Source: Lama glama (lineage: Eukaryota). From it: 64,000 nucleotides of DNA. Of this stretch, positions 12,382 through 25,375 are shown in pieces. Location of the stretch: assembly GCA_028534125.1 (NCBI GenBank), contig CM052817.1, forward strand, positions 97,900,001 through 97,964,000, in the 5' to 3' direction. Each line of letters starts with the position of its first letter. Positions within the stretch are counted from its first letter, which is position 1. The position numbers were made by a program, and so were the translations under genes. The notes beneath the pieces are model-generated. The model did not search any database and was not told the DNA's origin. It saw only the letters and a list, made by a program, of their open reading frames with translations.

Positions 12382-14664
12382 TTACAACAACTGGTTAAGC
12401 ATCACTAAATTCCAGACCCAGTGCAGAGGACTCTACCTGCAATATCTTGTTAATTTTCACTTCTACCCAAAGAGGAAGATACTAGTATAATTTAGACTCG
12501 AAGAAGTTAAGAAAGCATAGAGCTGAGATTAGAACTATAACGAGCTTCAGTGCAAAGCCCAAGCTGTTAACCATAAACCTTGTCATGGTATATATTGCTA
12601 CAGAAATATCTTTTTGGTTTTAATCCCAGAAAAAGAGAGATTATTCTAGTTGCCCCCCAATTATTTGGAGTTTTCTATAAACTTCCAACACATATTCACT
12701 GAGATGTCATGATGATTTTTTTTAGATCTGAACTGAACTATTGAATGCACTTAAGTGTTTGGCATTTCATGAGATGACACACACTTCTGGTTCTGCTGCT
12801 AATTTGTAGTATGAATTGGGGTTTGTCACTTATAAAAGTATGGGGTTTTTCCACTTGTAAATTACAGAAAATCATCATAAAATTGAAGACCTGGATATCC
12901 CAACGGCCTGGGAATGGGAGGGACAGAGAGTTTAAGTGACTATTCCAGGGTGATCAGGAGGTTAACTTGATCAGAACCAAGGCTCCTGGTGTGCGCTCCA
13001 GGTTTTATTCAACCAGCCTGTATTGTATCTCCCATATCACGTGTCTTTGGGAAGACGTGCTGGTTCAGAACCTGGTCTCCATAACCTGTTGAACATCCCT
13101 CAAGGGAATGGATATGTTAGGTCTCTACCCTGCATCTTGTACAACTTTGGCTCTCTGAGCCCAGCTCTTAGCCAATATGTGACTTCTTGGAAGACATCAG
13201 GAGGCCCCAGCACAGGGCATAGCCACTCCTGGAAATGTGAGCCTGCTCTCACTGTGTACCTATAGCTTGTGCTCAGGCATCCTTTTGCCTTTAATGAGAT
13301 TTTGCAGTGACAGGATTGGAACAGATTGCTGGCATTATGGCAGCCAGGATATTGTCAGGAGGAACTTGGCAGTGCTTGTAGGTGTTATGATGCTGCCTCT
13401 TTGCTCAAGGGCAAGAGTATCGAAGGGAAAATTAGAGATGAAACAGAGAGTGAGGGATAATGTCAGAAAAGTTCAGAAGATGAAACCAGTAGCAGTAAAT
13501 ACATTGGAAATTTTTTGAGGTTTACATACTTTGAGTCCTTGGTGACGGAAGACATAGCCAAGAATCGCTTCAGTGATATTCCTTCATAAATCTGCATAAT
13601 AATCTCGCAGCGGGGATTTGGTGAAATTACAAGTATTCATTTACTAAATTGGGTTCAGTGTCTGTATCATGCACACCATATGAATATTCAGTGCAGTGAA
13701 CGCTTCCCAAGCTATGTTGAAGTTAACACATAAGCTGAATATAACTCAAGGAGAACTCAAAATTGCATACTTATTTTAACCTAACAGAGGTCCTAGTGTC
13801 TTAAAGAATTGGATCCAGTCCCACTCCCAATATGTCAATTAATACTCATTCTAACAAAACAAAATGTAAAGTCTTTTTAGTATTGTATCTGATTTTTGGC
13901 ATAAAGTGGTTTTCTTTGTAATAGAGGATTAGGATAATAATACAGAGGGCTATGAATGGTTCCTTAGAACACAGTGGCAGCTGCCAAACAGACTCAGGAA
14001 GAATGTTTAATTACAATACTCAGTAATAACAACAAAGGAAAAGTTCAGTAAGAAGAAACGACTCTATTATGAGACAGGGGTCTGTTGCTGAGTGAAGGAA
14101 GAGCCTTTTCCAGACCACAGACATTTGAAGTTGCCTTGGAAGCTGATAGATATTTTACCTTAAAACTTGACCATTTTTCCTTCTCACAGCAACTCAGTTG
14201 GCTTTCCAAGTTAAGCATATGGAATGACTTCTATTTCCAAAAAAGGAACTTTTTTCCTGAAATGAAAACTATTAATAATTTTCAGAGAAGAGGTGATCAC
14301 CTCCAGTTCTGTATAACAAAAGAGCACTTAATCAGGAGTCTTTGAGTTCTCGTCCAAGACACTGCAACAAACCGACTGTGAAGCCTCCAACCTTAAAAAA
14401 TTAATTTCTCTGAACCTCTTCCAACTGTGAAATTTTCCATGATATTCTGATTATTCACATAGACAGATTAAAAATATTCCTTTGAGAACATCCTTGGTCA
14501 TAATATTTTATATTGCTCTAAATTATAACCTGATTTTAGATCCACAGTAGATGGTCAAATGTAGTGTGTGAAATTTTATCAATAAATAGTATTTGTTGGT
14601 ACTTATTTTATGGAAGATATTATGCTAAATATGCTTCATCTGCAAAATGTCAGTATACAAGTTA

Positions 14665-14848
14665 GCTTTATTTATTTATTTATTTATTGAAACTTTCTTC
14701 TCAATCTGTTCTCTGTATCTGTGAGCTTGTTTTTGTTGTTTTTTCAGATTCCATTTAGAAGAGAGATCAAACGGTGTTTGCCTTTCTCTGTCTGACTTAT
14801 TTCACTTAGCATAATGCCCTCAAGACTTTCCATGTTGTTGTAAATGTC
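14665..14848 (-). mobile_element. L1 3' UTR fragment
   Basis: (TTTA)n tail, then 'tctctgtctgacttatttcacttagcataatgccctcaag...catgttgttgtaaatg'. Confidence 0.75.
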
Positions 14849-14864
14849 AATAAGGTACCTTCAT

Positions 14865-15010
14865 CTTTGTCTTCACTTTATAGGTGGAGAAATTGAAACT
14901 CAGAAAGTCTAAGTCACTTGTACCATGTCATGTAGTTAATAGGTAACAAAACTTGAGATTTAAAGTCAAGTTTCTCTGATCTCAACAACCAGAGGTTCAC
15001 CATTCTGCCC
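14865..15010 (-). mobile_element. MIR SINE
   Basis: 'cactttataggtggagaaattgaaactcagaaagtctaagtcacttg'. Confidence 0.65.
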
Positions 15011-18000
15011 TCCTTCCTTTCAGACAACTTCTGGATGCATGGTGAGCTTCCCGTGTCCGTCATTAGTGTGTACTGAGGAAATTGGCTTGGGTTCTTAATT
15101 GAACGTGTTATTCATCTAAAGAGATCTAAATGAGAGATACGAGGAAAATGTTATTTAAAGGACAAAGCTCTGACTTTCAGAGGCGCTGAGAGAGGGGAGA
15201 TGCTGTAGTTGATTATCACTATGCTTAGCAATAGTAAACAACTACTGGGGTCAGTTTTCCTATCCTTCTTTAAGATACTTTCATATCTCTATGGCAACGG
15301 GGCAAATATGACGGACACAGAAACACCCAAGTGCACGGATGGCACTTGGGAAGATAGTACGTGACAGTGGGTTGCAGATACAAAGCGAGAAGTAACCACA
15401 CCTCACTTGGTCTTGCCAATTGGGGAAACTCGGGAAAGATAATGCAAGCATTTGGGGAAGGAACTAAACGTTAAATCTGAAGGATTTATTTTAGCGGAGA
15501 TAGTATGTACTGATTAGAAGACACAGAGGCTGCAGCTAGAGAACTGGGTGTGGAGTTGTCTTTATGATGGAAGACAAGCCAAGGCTGAAAAAAAAGAATT
15601 TAGTGTTGGTTATCAAGAGACATAAATAAAATGTCTGGAAAGAGATTCATCAATCTCAAGTGGTGAGGTGTCAAGATGCAGTGCAGTCACATCCCAGGGG
15701 ATGCCTCCCAATGGGAATGTTTATACTTCGAGAGGTGCCAGAAGGGAATCCGTGCACTGAAGTTACCTTAGGTTTATAGTAACTTATGTAGAAAATGAAA
15801 CAAAATTCCCCCAGCATGAAATTAGAGAAAATTTATTTTTCAGTGAAGAAGTTCAAATTTAGATCCCATCAAATGTGATAATCAGATATGATGGACAGAG
15901 CTATGACTTGCCAAAGAAAACTACAGAGGAAGAAAAGGTCTCTGGGGATTCTAATAACTCATGAGAAGACTGAAGAATATTTTGAAAAAGTAGAAGGTAA
16001 GATTTATTATGTCAAAGCAGAAAAACCTGTAGGACGTTATTATGTTGGAAAGTAAGGTTTGGCAATAGGTCTGAAGGGCTTAGGAGAGACCAAAGTGATC
16101 AGGGACAAATTGAGTTGACATAAGTTTCTCCTTGGATAATTTTTACTAATACACTGCATTAGGAAATGTATCATTGTTAAACTACCATGAAGAGTAAAGT
16201 AAAATTTTTAATTCTTAAATTCAGAGAAGTCAAGTCCAGAGTTAGAGGGACAGTCTTTCTGCCGTCATACGGCAGATAAAGAAATGATCGTGTGCAAATG
16301 AAGCTGTCCATCTCATATTATTTAGAAGCAAAAATGTATTTTTAAAGAAAAATAATCAAATTCTAGTATCTTTATTTTTGTTAAAATTGTGAATGTTCTT
16401 ATGATAAAGAAACTATCAGTGTATATCAGGGAGGAAAGCATAAAGGAGTCATTAGAAAAGGTTCTAAGTAGTACTGCAGCTGATGAAGATGCTGTTTCTA
16501 AAGTCAGAGGACAGAAAAGGTATCTTGGTAAGTCTCCTGGCAAGCGTGACTGCCGGCCGTAACCACTGGAAATGTCTGTATCCAGGGTTAGATGGGCCTT
16601 CACTATGCTCTGCTTAGCCAGCTAACAGAGCGTGGAGCGCAGCCCCATTGAGGTCAGGAAACTATTTATGGTCCTCTGTGACTTTACTTAGATTACAAAT
16701 GAAACATCCTGATTTCAGGAAAGAACATTCAATAGGAGGCCCGACCTTGTGCAGACAAGGAATGAAGCTGGAAAAATGCCCCCTCAGACCAGAATATTTT
16801 CAAACAAGTTGACTTAGGTTCTTTCATTTAAATGGTTTTGTTTCAGCAGACATTTTTTGGTTCATAAGACAAACAGTTAAAAAAAATAGTTTGAAAAATA
16901 ACAACAAACAAACAAAAGAAAACAAAAGAGATTTTTTTAGGTTTCTTCTCTAGAACCTTCTCCTTTGCTAAGGTCACTTCTTTTGTGGGTATACTTATGA
17001 GGTCAGTAAGCTGCAACCCTGAAACACAGCAAAAGTAAGTGGAATTGTCTAAATTAAAAAGCAAACATTGCAAAAGCAAATGGAATTGTCTGAATTAACA
17101 AGCAAAGTTGGCTTCATACATTTTGACTATGATATATTGAATTAATGTTTATAAACAAGGTTGGGGTAGCATGTCTATACAAAATAATTTTCCAAGCTGC
17201 AATCTTTCAAATGGAAATGGCTAGGTGGCATGCCTTTGCCAGGATTCAGTAGTCCTTTTAATTGTTCGAAAGGGGCTACAATTTTTTGAGTTACATCCCT
17301 GTATAGGCTTCAAACTTTTCATCAGATTCCTGTCTTGGGTTCTTGTTGATTTCAGCAGAACTTATTGTAGCACTGGTTTGACAGCAACTGGCCATATCCA
17401 ATGACCTTGAAAATTAGTTGTAGGGAAGTAGGTGAAATAAGTCATATGCACATTTTCACTTAGAGTTTAGTAAGCAGAAGTTAATGCTTTATTAAGGAAA
17501 CTAAGTTACAACAGAAAAATAATTTTTTAAGAAACAAAAGAATGGAGATGTTGTGGTTTCTTGGAAGAATAATGGATTTGATCCTGAGTCTCAAATTTCC
17601 CATGACTGAGTGATTTGCTGAAGGCCACGTATTTACAAGTGTTCATTTAAGTGTCTATAACATGGGAATAATAATTCCATCCTGTCCTATGTAAGAAAAA
17701 ATAACATTTAAATGGACATAGAGAGCATGAGATTAAAAATGCTGTGTAAATATGAGTGATCCAAAATTAGTTGAAATGAACTCAACTGAAATTATACTTT
17801 TAAAAGGGTTTTTTATAAATGAAATGAATTAATTGAGATTTTTTAAAAAATACAGCAACATACTCTGAAAGAAGTACTTTTAGAAAGCTAAGCTTTACTT
17901 AATGGCTATGAAAAAAACAGAAAAGTCAGTAGATTAATTGTCATCTAAGACATGGCTTTGTTATTCTCAAATTAGAACCAGTATTTCTAGGAGTTTCCAG

Positions 18001-21000
18001 TGATTCTAGATATGTAGGAATAAGTCTGAAATTTAAATACACAACATTGTTATTAGCTCCTCCATTAAAAAAAAGAGCACTTATTATGTGCCTCCTGTGT
18101 TCCAAGCAATGTGCTATGCACTGGGAATTCCACAGGGAGGAAAAAAGAGATGATCTTGGGCTTAGATCCAAACCATCACAGAGCTCTGACTGGTCTCTAT
18201 TTCTCCATGACGGCAAGAAGACTTATCAAAATACCAATGATGAACATGTAATGAGAGGACAGATAATCATCATATAAAAAGTTTCCAAACTTTGATGGTG
18301 AGTTGGAGAATATGGACTTAAGATAAAATGTAGGGTGTGGCCATTGCACAGATAAGGGGCAAGTTGTGATATGTGTTGTGCTGCTGCCTTTTTGTTTGTT
18401 TGTTATCTCCAGCTTGTCTACAATTTCTAGAGCTTCTATGCTAAGAATTATATAGAAACGACAAGTCTAACTTGCTCTGTAACCAGATTGTATAGGAGCT
18501 GATCACCTTGGAGGATCTGGGAATCCTGCTGTCTTGAGATCAGGAGAGCCTTAAGGATAATTTTTCAGGTCCTCTGTTAGAAACATGAAATTCATTAGAG
18601 GGGTCTGAAGACCACAGAGAGTATTTTCTACCCTCATCTGAGCAAAGCAAAAATAGCACGTCTACTAGACTTCAAGTAGAATAGGGAGACTTATTTGTAT
18701 AGTTGTAATAATCTTCTGTATGCTGAGATTAGAAAGGGGGTGCTGAGTACATAGCCTGGATCACAGACAACCTGTCTTTGCCTCTTATCTTATTTTGCAC
18801 AAAGGAGTCAAGTTTTTGCTTGTTTTTCTATTTGAAGATTGGGGTGCATAGGTGGGTATGGGGGGCTATTTCCTCTAACGTCTTCTGTTGTCATAAGGTC
18901 TGTTGAGATGCTAATTCAAATTTGTTCTCATCTCTAAGGTAATCCTGAGTCCTTTCTGAGGTGCCAGAGAGGTTTGTAGAGAGTAAGGAGGATCTCTGAC
19001 TTTCATGTCACGTGCCGGCGGTGCTTAATGTTGGGCCATTGAAAATTAGTGAAGTTGTATAATCTTCCTTGGGTTTTCTTGCTAATTAAGCCTAGTGCAA
19101 TTTACCTCGTTAATTTGATCTTAATGAGTTCATCCGCAATGATTTAATACAACTTTGAGGAACAGCTTTCTTTAGTCTTTAATACGCGACAGTTCCCCTT
19201 CTATTTGGCAGTACATTAATGGAAATGGAAAATTGCCTCATTCTAAATGTCAGAATAATACTGCACCAAAAACAATTCAGTCATGTCTTTCAAACCACGC
19301 ACATATGGTTCATCACCAAATGTCACTGTTCTTCCCCCCTCCCCCCTATGCCCCCCTCCTGTCTGTACCTTCCCTCTGTATTTTCTTTCTATTCGCCTGT
19401 CTCTGGTGATCATTGTTTGGATCAACTTTCTAATATCTTTGCATAAGCTTCCTTTCTCCTGTTGTCCAGGTACCAGTTCTCAGAACACTGGTTTTACCCA
19501 GATCCTTGGAATTGGCAGAGTTCACAGATCAGGTGAAAGTTATTGCTTTTAGTATAGCAAATGTCTTTCATCTGCTTTCAAAATTGGAAAAAAAAATTTA
19601 TGTGAACCATCTTCAGAATAATTTTTGTGCATAATTTTGGGCTGTTTTGTGAAGTTCTCTAAGTAAAGCTATATTCCTCACTCTGTCTACCTCACAGCAA
19701 TCTTTTTTCTTTTATTTTTTTCCCCTAGCACTGTATTTAAGTGAGTTTCTCTCTAGAACAAATGCTTTTATTATGAGTATTTTAGTTATGATTTATTGGG
19801 TAAGTTCCAACACAATTTCTCTTGCACTTAAGGTTACAAACTTTAAATTGCAAATCTTAACTCACTGACACTTAAAGGACATTTCAATAAAATTTTTAAA
19901 ATTAATCTATAAGCTAAACTATCTAAAGACTGTCCATTTTCATAAAGAGAAAGCTAAAAGGTAGAGCAGTTTCCAAAGTTACTGATCAAACATCACCTTT
20001 CAGAGGTCAACCTCTAAAGGATATTTTAAATGATACAATTTTCTTTCTGGAAAGGATCCCCTTTTCAGATAATATTTGAAGGAAAAAGAAACTTCCAGAA
20101 AAAAGAATCCCCACTCTAAATTGCATTTTTTTTTAACAGCGGTAGATTTAAAGTACTTGTCTGAAACTAGATTTTTGAATCTTAATTAATTTATTGGTTT
20201 GCTTTTTCTTTCTACCAGCAAACTGACTCATCTGTAAAGTATGAATGTTTTAATTCAAGTACATGTTTTCTGCAGATGGAGGTTCATGTGTTTAAGCAGT
20301 CAGAAGGTAATCAGAGGATGACCTGTAATCTTGCATTACAGAGGTAGAATCAGAAAGCACCAGGGACATGACTTGATTTCTCAGTTTTTCTTTTCTTCTA
20401 TCTAGTGATAGATATTTAAGAAATTTGCCAGTTTTACCCTGCAGAAACTAATAATATAATTACTATCATAAGAATTATATATTTTTCCAAGATTCATTTA
20501 GCATCCACTATGTGACAGGTGCCTTACACAGGTTTTTCAACCTAATTTTCCTGAGAACAGTGAAGTAGGTTCGAAAATAGTTTTCATGGAGGTTTAAAGA
20601 GCTGACATTACAGAGATGGTGTGTATGTGGATAACTGCTTTTCATCTCTACAGTTTTTCTATTATCTGTATTATTTACCCTAGAGCAGAAAAGGACACAG
20701 TATCTTATCCACTCCCCTCTGTTGTCAGGCGTCATCCAGCGTTTACTAGACTACTTCCTGCGATGCAGGGCTCACACCCTGAGGCGGGCTGACCATTGCA
20801 AAACAGCTTGGTTGACAGAATAGGATTCATTCTATTACAACAGAAGCCCGTCCAATACGTTTGCCCGTTGTCTTTCTTCTGCATTCTGTTACAACACAAT
20901 TAGTCAAATCTTCCTCCATGTTATTCCTTCAGCTGTCTGAGGACACTACTGATACCCTAAATTGATTTCTCCTCTGGGCGAACATTTCCAGTTCTTTGCT

Positions 21001-23266
21001 TCATGGTCCTTCATGGTGAAATCAGAATAAGCTACAATAGACCATACAAAATCTGAGCCAGTTTAAATAAAACAGTATTGAACTTGGGCACTATATTTTT
21101 TTTAAATGTAAACTCAGTTGAGAGCATGTGCGTGTGCCTGTGTGCCTGAATTATGTAAGTTGAGAATCACGTAGAAAAATAAATGGCAACATAGATTTCT
21201 AGGAACTGGATCACCACCCTGTACTAATGTAACTGACTTTTTGAACCCCATATAAACCTTTACATCTTTTGTATAAGTTTATACACCCCGACTTGGTCAG
21301 TCAGTATATTTTTTAATTTGTTTCCATCAGTTGATGCTTGAATCCTCTCTTCCTTCCTCCCATCTTTCTGACAACATTACATTTCATGGAAATGTTTTTT
21401 TTTTCCATATTGTCAGTGAAGTAATTGATGTAAAAGTCAAACTGAAAACAAATTCCCAGAACATGACCCCATGGACTTTCCCCTGGGCCGCCTCCAAGTC
21501 AGCGCATCTGATTGGCTGTCATTTAGGGTTCCTTGCATTACCCTGAACCTTCTGGAAAAAATGGGGGCTGCCCCCAAGGCCTCTGCCTGTCTGCAGACAC
21601 CACTGAGGCAATCTTTTTCTTGTGATCTTTAATTGTTTTGGTTTTGTTTTAAAGTCACATCTGGATGTGAGACTTCACGCCATTGTTTTGCCATATCCTT
21701 TGTCCTAGGCACTCTCTGTGTGATACTTATCTTTGGTTTTACAGCTGATTTGTTCACACATTACTAATTCATAGGTTAAGTAAAATACACAAAAAACATA
21801 CTCATTTTCTACGTATATTCAGAAGGGCAGACGGGGTACTATGCACTCTTATGAATATACCAAAGACTTGCTCCCTGGGGTTTCCTTTTAAAGCTGAGTT
21901 CAACCAATTGACCATGCGTAGACACAAAGGATTCTTCAGATTCCTCCCTCTTTTCTTTCTCAAAGAGATTCTAAGAATTTGCTAGATGGTGCCTCAAGGC
22001 TCTGATTTTACTCATTTTCACTCACTGTTTGGCTCCTAAAAGGGGCTCAGTGCAGGTTGGTGGATCTCAGCCTCATTGAATTCTGATCACTTGCGAATGT
22101 CTTCATCAGAATTTCACTTCTCAATCCTTCTATTCTTCTTGTTTCTTCCTTTTCAGAACTACTACCCTTGGAAAGACACCTGCTTTTTGCTTCCTTGCTT
22201 TTAAAACCTTGTGTTTTACAGGTGGGAGTTCATTTGCCTTCGCTTGATACCCCCTTTCTTTGTGACCATCACACCCGGTGTGACCCTGTATTGTCCACAG
22301 AATCCCAACACTTCCAAATCACCAAAAACATTTTTTCTGGATACTCAAAATTAAAGACCATTATAAATAAGCTCAAGAACCTGAAGATATGATAGTTTCA
22401 ACCACATCCATAGTAACTAATACCAACAAGCAAATGAACAATTAAATTCAAAGGGGCTGTTCTGAATGCTTATTTTCTCTTTTAAACCAGAAAGATAGCT
22501 CTAACACCTCCTGAGTGCCTCTTCTCTGCCTCTGCCAAGCACCATCATAGATATGTTCATATAAGTTACCTTTAAAGTATATGAAAGACATTCTGACCAT
22601 CTGTTGTTTTAAATAAATTGTTATGTTCCAGAGGCTCATTGAAGAGATGAGAGATTGATCAAAAACATGAGTAGAATGAAATTGGATTCTCCTTTTGAGC
22701 ATTCCAAGCAACTTGATTGATTTAAATTTTAAGTAAATTTTGTTTCTATAAACACTTACACGTGATCAGTGCTCATTCAATGACAAAGGTGAGTTAAAAC
22801 AAACAAACAAAAAACCCCAAAATTTTTATTTCCTTTTTTTTGCCATGACCAGAAGATCAAGTACCAAAATAAAACTATAACGTGTCTCGTGATTGTTGTT
22901 AACTGGGTGGAACCAGCATATATCAGAGGTCAAGGAACTTATCCTCATAAGCAATTTTAAGAGCAAAGAGTTTCAGGTTACATCATAAATTCTTAGGTAC
23001 TCACCCACAACGCATACCTTAGACCTTTCTGAGAACTTTTTCTTGACAGGTGAGTTCTCTGGTTGTAAATAGTAAGGTGTAGTGAACAGAATGCTACACT
23101 AAGAGTCAGCGGAACTAGATTCTAGCATTGCCTTGCATGTCATGAGTAGCTTCCACTGGAGGGTATGTTGGATTCATTACAGTAGATCAGTGAGAAGGGT
23201 GTGTGAGTCGGGTCTAACAGGACTAAACTTGCTGGGGCAAAGGCCTGATATCTACAATATCATATT

Positions 23267-23736
23267 TGCATCAGTTTCTTACTGCTGTCATAATTAATCA
23301 CCACAAACTTGGTGTTAAAGTCACAGAAATGTACTCTCACGTACATTTGGATGCTTAAAGTCCAGAATCAAGGTGCCAGCAGGGCCATGATCCGATTGAG
23401 GGCCCTAGAAAGGGCCTTTCCCGTAATTCCAGTGTCTTGTGGTCCCAGGCGTGCCCCAGCTTGTAGCTGAGCTGCATGGCTCCATCTGTCTCTACCAAGC
23501 ACTGCCTGTTCCTTCACAGGACCCCTTTCTCTGTCTCTGTGTGTCCTTTTCTGCCTCTTATAAAGGCATTTTCATTGGATTTTAGGGCCCACCTTAATCC
23601 AGTATGATCTCATCTCCATTCTTAAATATGTCTGCAAAGAACCTATTTCCAAATAATGTTTCAAAATTCTATTTATTTCCAAATTCTAGGTTCCAAGTAG
23701 ACATGAATTTGGGGGGATGCTCTTCAACTGGCCACA
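23267..23736 (-). mobile_element. MLT1B-type MaLR solo LTR
   Basis: 'caccacaaacttggtg...aatcaaggtgccagcagggccatg...attggattttagggcccaccttaatccagtatgatctcatc...gacatgaatttgggggg'. Confidence 0.85.
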
Positions 23737-23797
23737 GTATCTGTGGATACGTGGTGGCTCTTTGTTTGGGTCAATTTTCAAGTCATTTACTGATCCG

Positions 23798-23920
23798 TGA
23801 TTCATTCATTCATTCAACAAAGATTTATTAAAAGCCTGTTCTATGGCACCCTCATCTAGGGATGAGGATACTGCCCACAAACAAACATGAACCAGACCTT
23901 TGTGGAGCTTACAGTCTAGA
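23798..23920 (-). mobile_element. L2 3' end
   Basis: 'ttcattcattcattcaacaaagatttatt...tggagcttacagtctag'. Confidence 0.75.
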
Positions 23921-23974
23921 AACATCCAAAGGAGTCCCCTCAGGTGGATGAGACTCTGCTGTACATGTTTTTAA

Positions 23975-24228
23975 AGTGTTGATCTCCAGAGTTACTTGAT
24001 CATGCATATTTTTTCAGCATGCACTTCCAAAACAAATTTCTGTTTTTATTTACTATATTATTCTATGAGCTACTTTATTAGCACATAGGTACAGTATACA
24101 ACACACCCAAATTATGACTTTAAGAAATAAACATAATAAAAATAAATAGAAATTAAAATTCTAATATTGTGTTTCAGATCTTAGTCAGTCATTTAGGCAA
24201 GCATCCTCTTTTGCAAGAATGCTATCTA
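23975..24228. mobile_element. MER112-like hAT-Charlie element
   Basis: 'agcatgcacttccaaaa...aaaaataaatagaaattaaaattctaatatt', ending near a TCTAGA target; diverged. Confidence 0.5.
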
Positions 24229-25208
24229 GATACCTGTTGTGTTCTAAGTCTTGAGAGCAATCCATAGTTCTAGATGTGTCTTCTGATTGGAGCAACACCC
24301 CAACCAGGACTGAGGATCCAGGAGGCAGGCAGTACCCTCTGGGATATTGAAATGACAAGTGATATACTGGTGTCCCTCAATCAAAGAAGGTACTCAGGCA
24401 AAGCTTCACACAGAAGGAATGGAATGCAAATAAGGGCAGGAGCCCAGCTGTAAGGGTTTAATGATCATGGCAATGGTTGGGGGAAATCTGAAGTTTATGG
24501 ATTTGCCAGTACTTGGGTCTATGTTAGGCAACTGGTTCTTGGATTCTGGACAGAGCTCCCAATTTGCTGTCAACATTAGTTAGGCATGGCTTGGGATTTG
24601 GATGAGGCTGAACCTAGGGAGTGAATTCTTCTGTGTTTGAAACTGGGAAGACAAGGAAAAGCAAGGGCTGACACCATTCCTGCCTATGACTAACTTGCTG
24701 ATTTTATAAGAGAAATTCAATTGCTTTAAGCCTTATTTAGCCCAGCAAAATGAAGGTGATTACACTATTTGAAATCAGGGTCTTGGAACTAGAAACTTTT
24801 TGTCATTTCTTCCAGAAATAGGACACACCATTGTATGATCCCGGTGTTTTTCAGTAAGTTAAATGTTTGCAAAGGAAGGGACTGTTGACTATTCTAATGA
24901 AGACCGTTAAAATATCATACTCAAAGTTGAAGGAGGAACATTTTCAAGTAAGTTTATTTATTCATGGATTCAGAAGTGTCATGGAGAGCATGAAGCTGTG
25001 ATATGTTTTCCTAAAGAGGTGTGGTTGATTCATAAGTGAATATCTTTGAGGGAACTTGATAGAACCAGCAGAGATGTGCAAGCCTTTATTAACTTTATGT
25101 TGTCTGATTGGGGGCAATGCTGGGACAGTCCTGTGTGTTCAGAGGGGGAAGTAGATTTACTGAGACCAATAAGGTAACCAATAGGTGTTTATTTAAAATT
25201 GTCAGTGA

Positions 25209-25375
25209 GGGGAGGGTATAACTCAATGGTAGAGCGTGCATCCTCTACTAACTTAGTGTGCGTGAGGTCCTGGGTTCAATCTCCAGTACCTCCATTTAAA
25301 CAAACAAACAAACAAACAAACAAACAAACCTAATTACCTCTCCCCCCAAAAATTAAAAAATAATAAAATAAAATA
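25209..25375 (+). mobile_element. tRNA-derived SINE, camelid vic-1 type
   Basis: 'ggggagggtataactcaatggtagag' (A box), 'gaggtcctgggttcaatctccagtacctcc' (B box), (AAAC)n, 'cctaattacctctcccccc' and an A-rich tail. Confidence 0.88.

Noticed and set aside
12299..12490. Poly-asparagine ORF
   Set aside because: Translation of the (AAT)n(AAC)n microsatellite.
16420..16562. Open stretch VYIREESIKESLEKVLSSTAADEDAVSKVRGQK with a GTAAGT donor nearby
   Set aside because: No polypyrimidine acceptor upstream and no recognisable homology; treated as chance.
25209..25293. tRNA gene
   Set aside because: It has A and B boxes but no proper cloverleaf and continues into a SINE body and A-rich tail.
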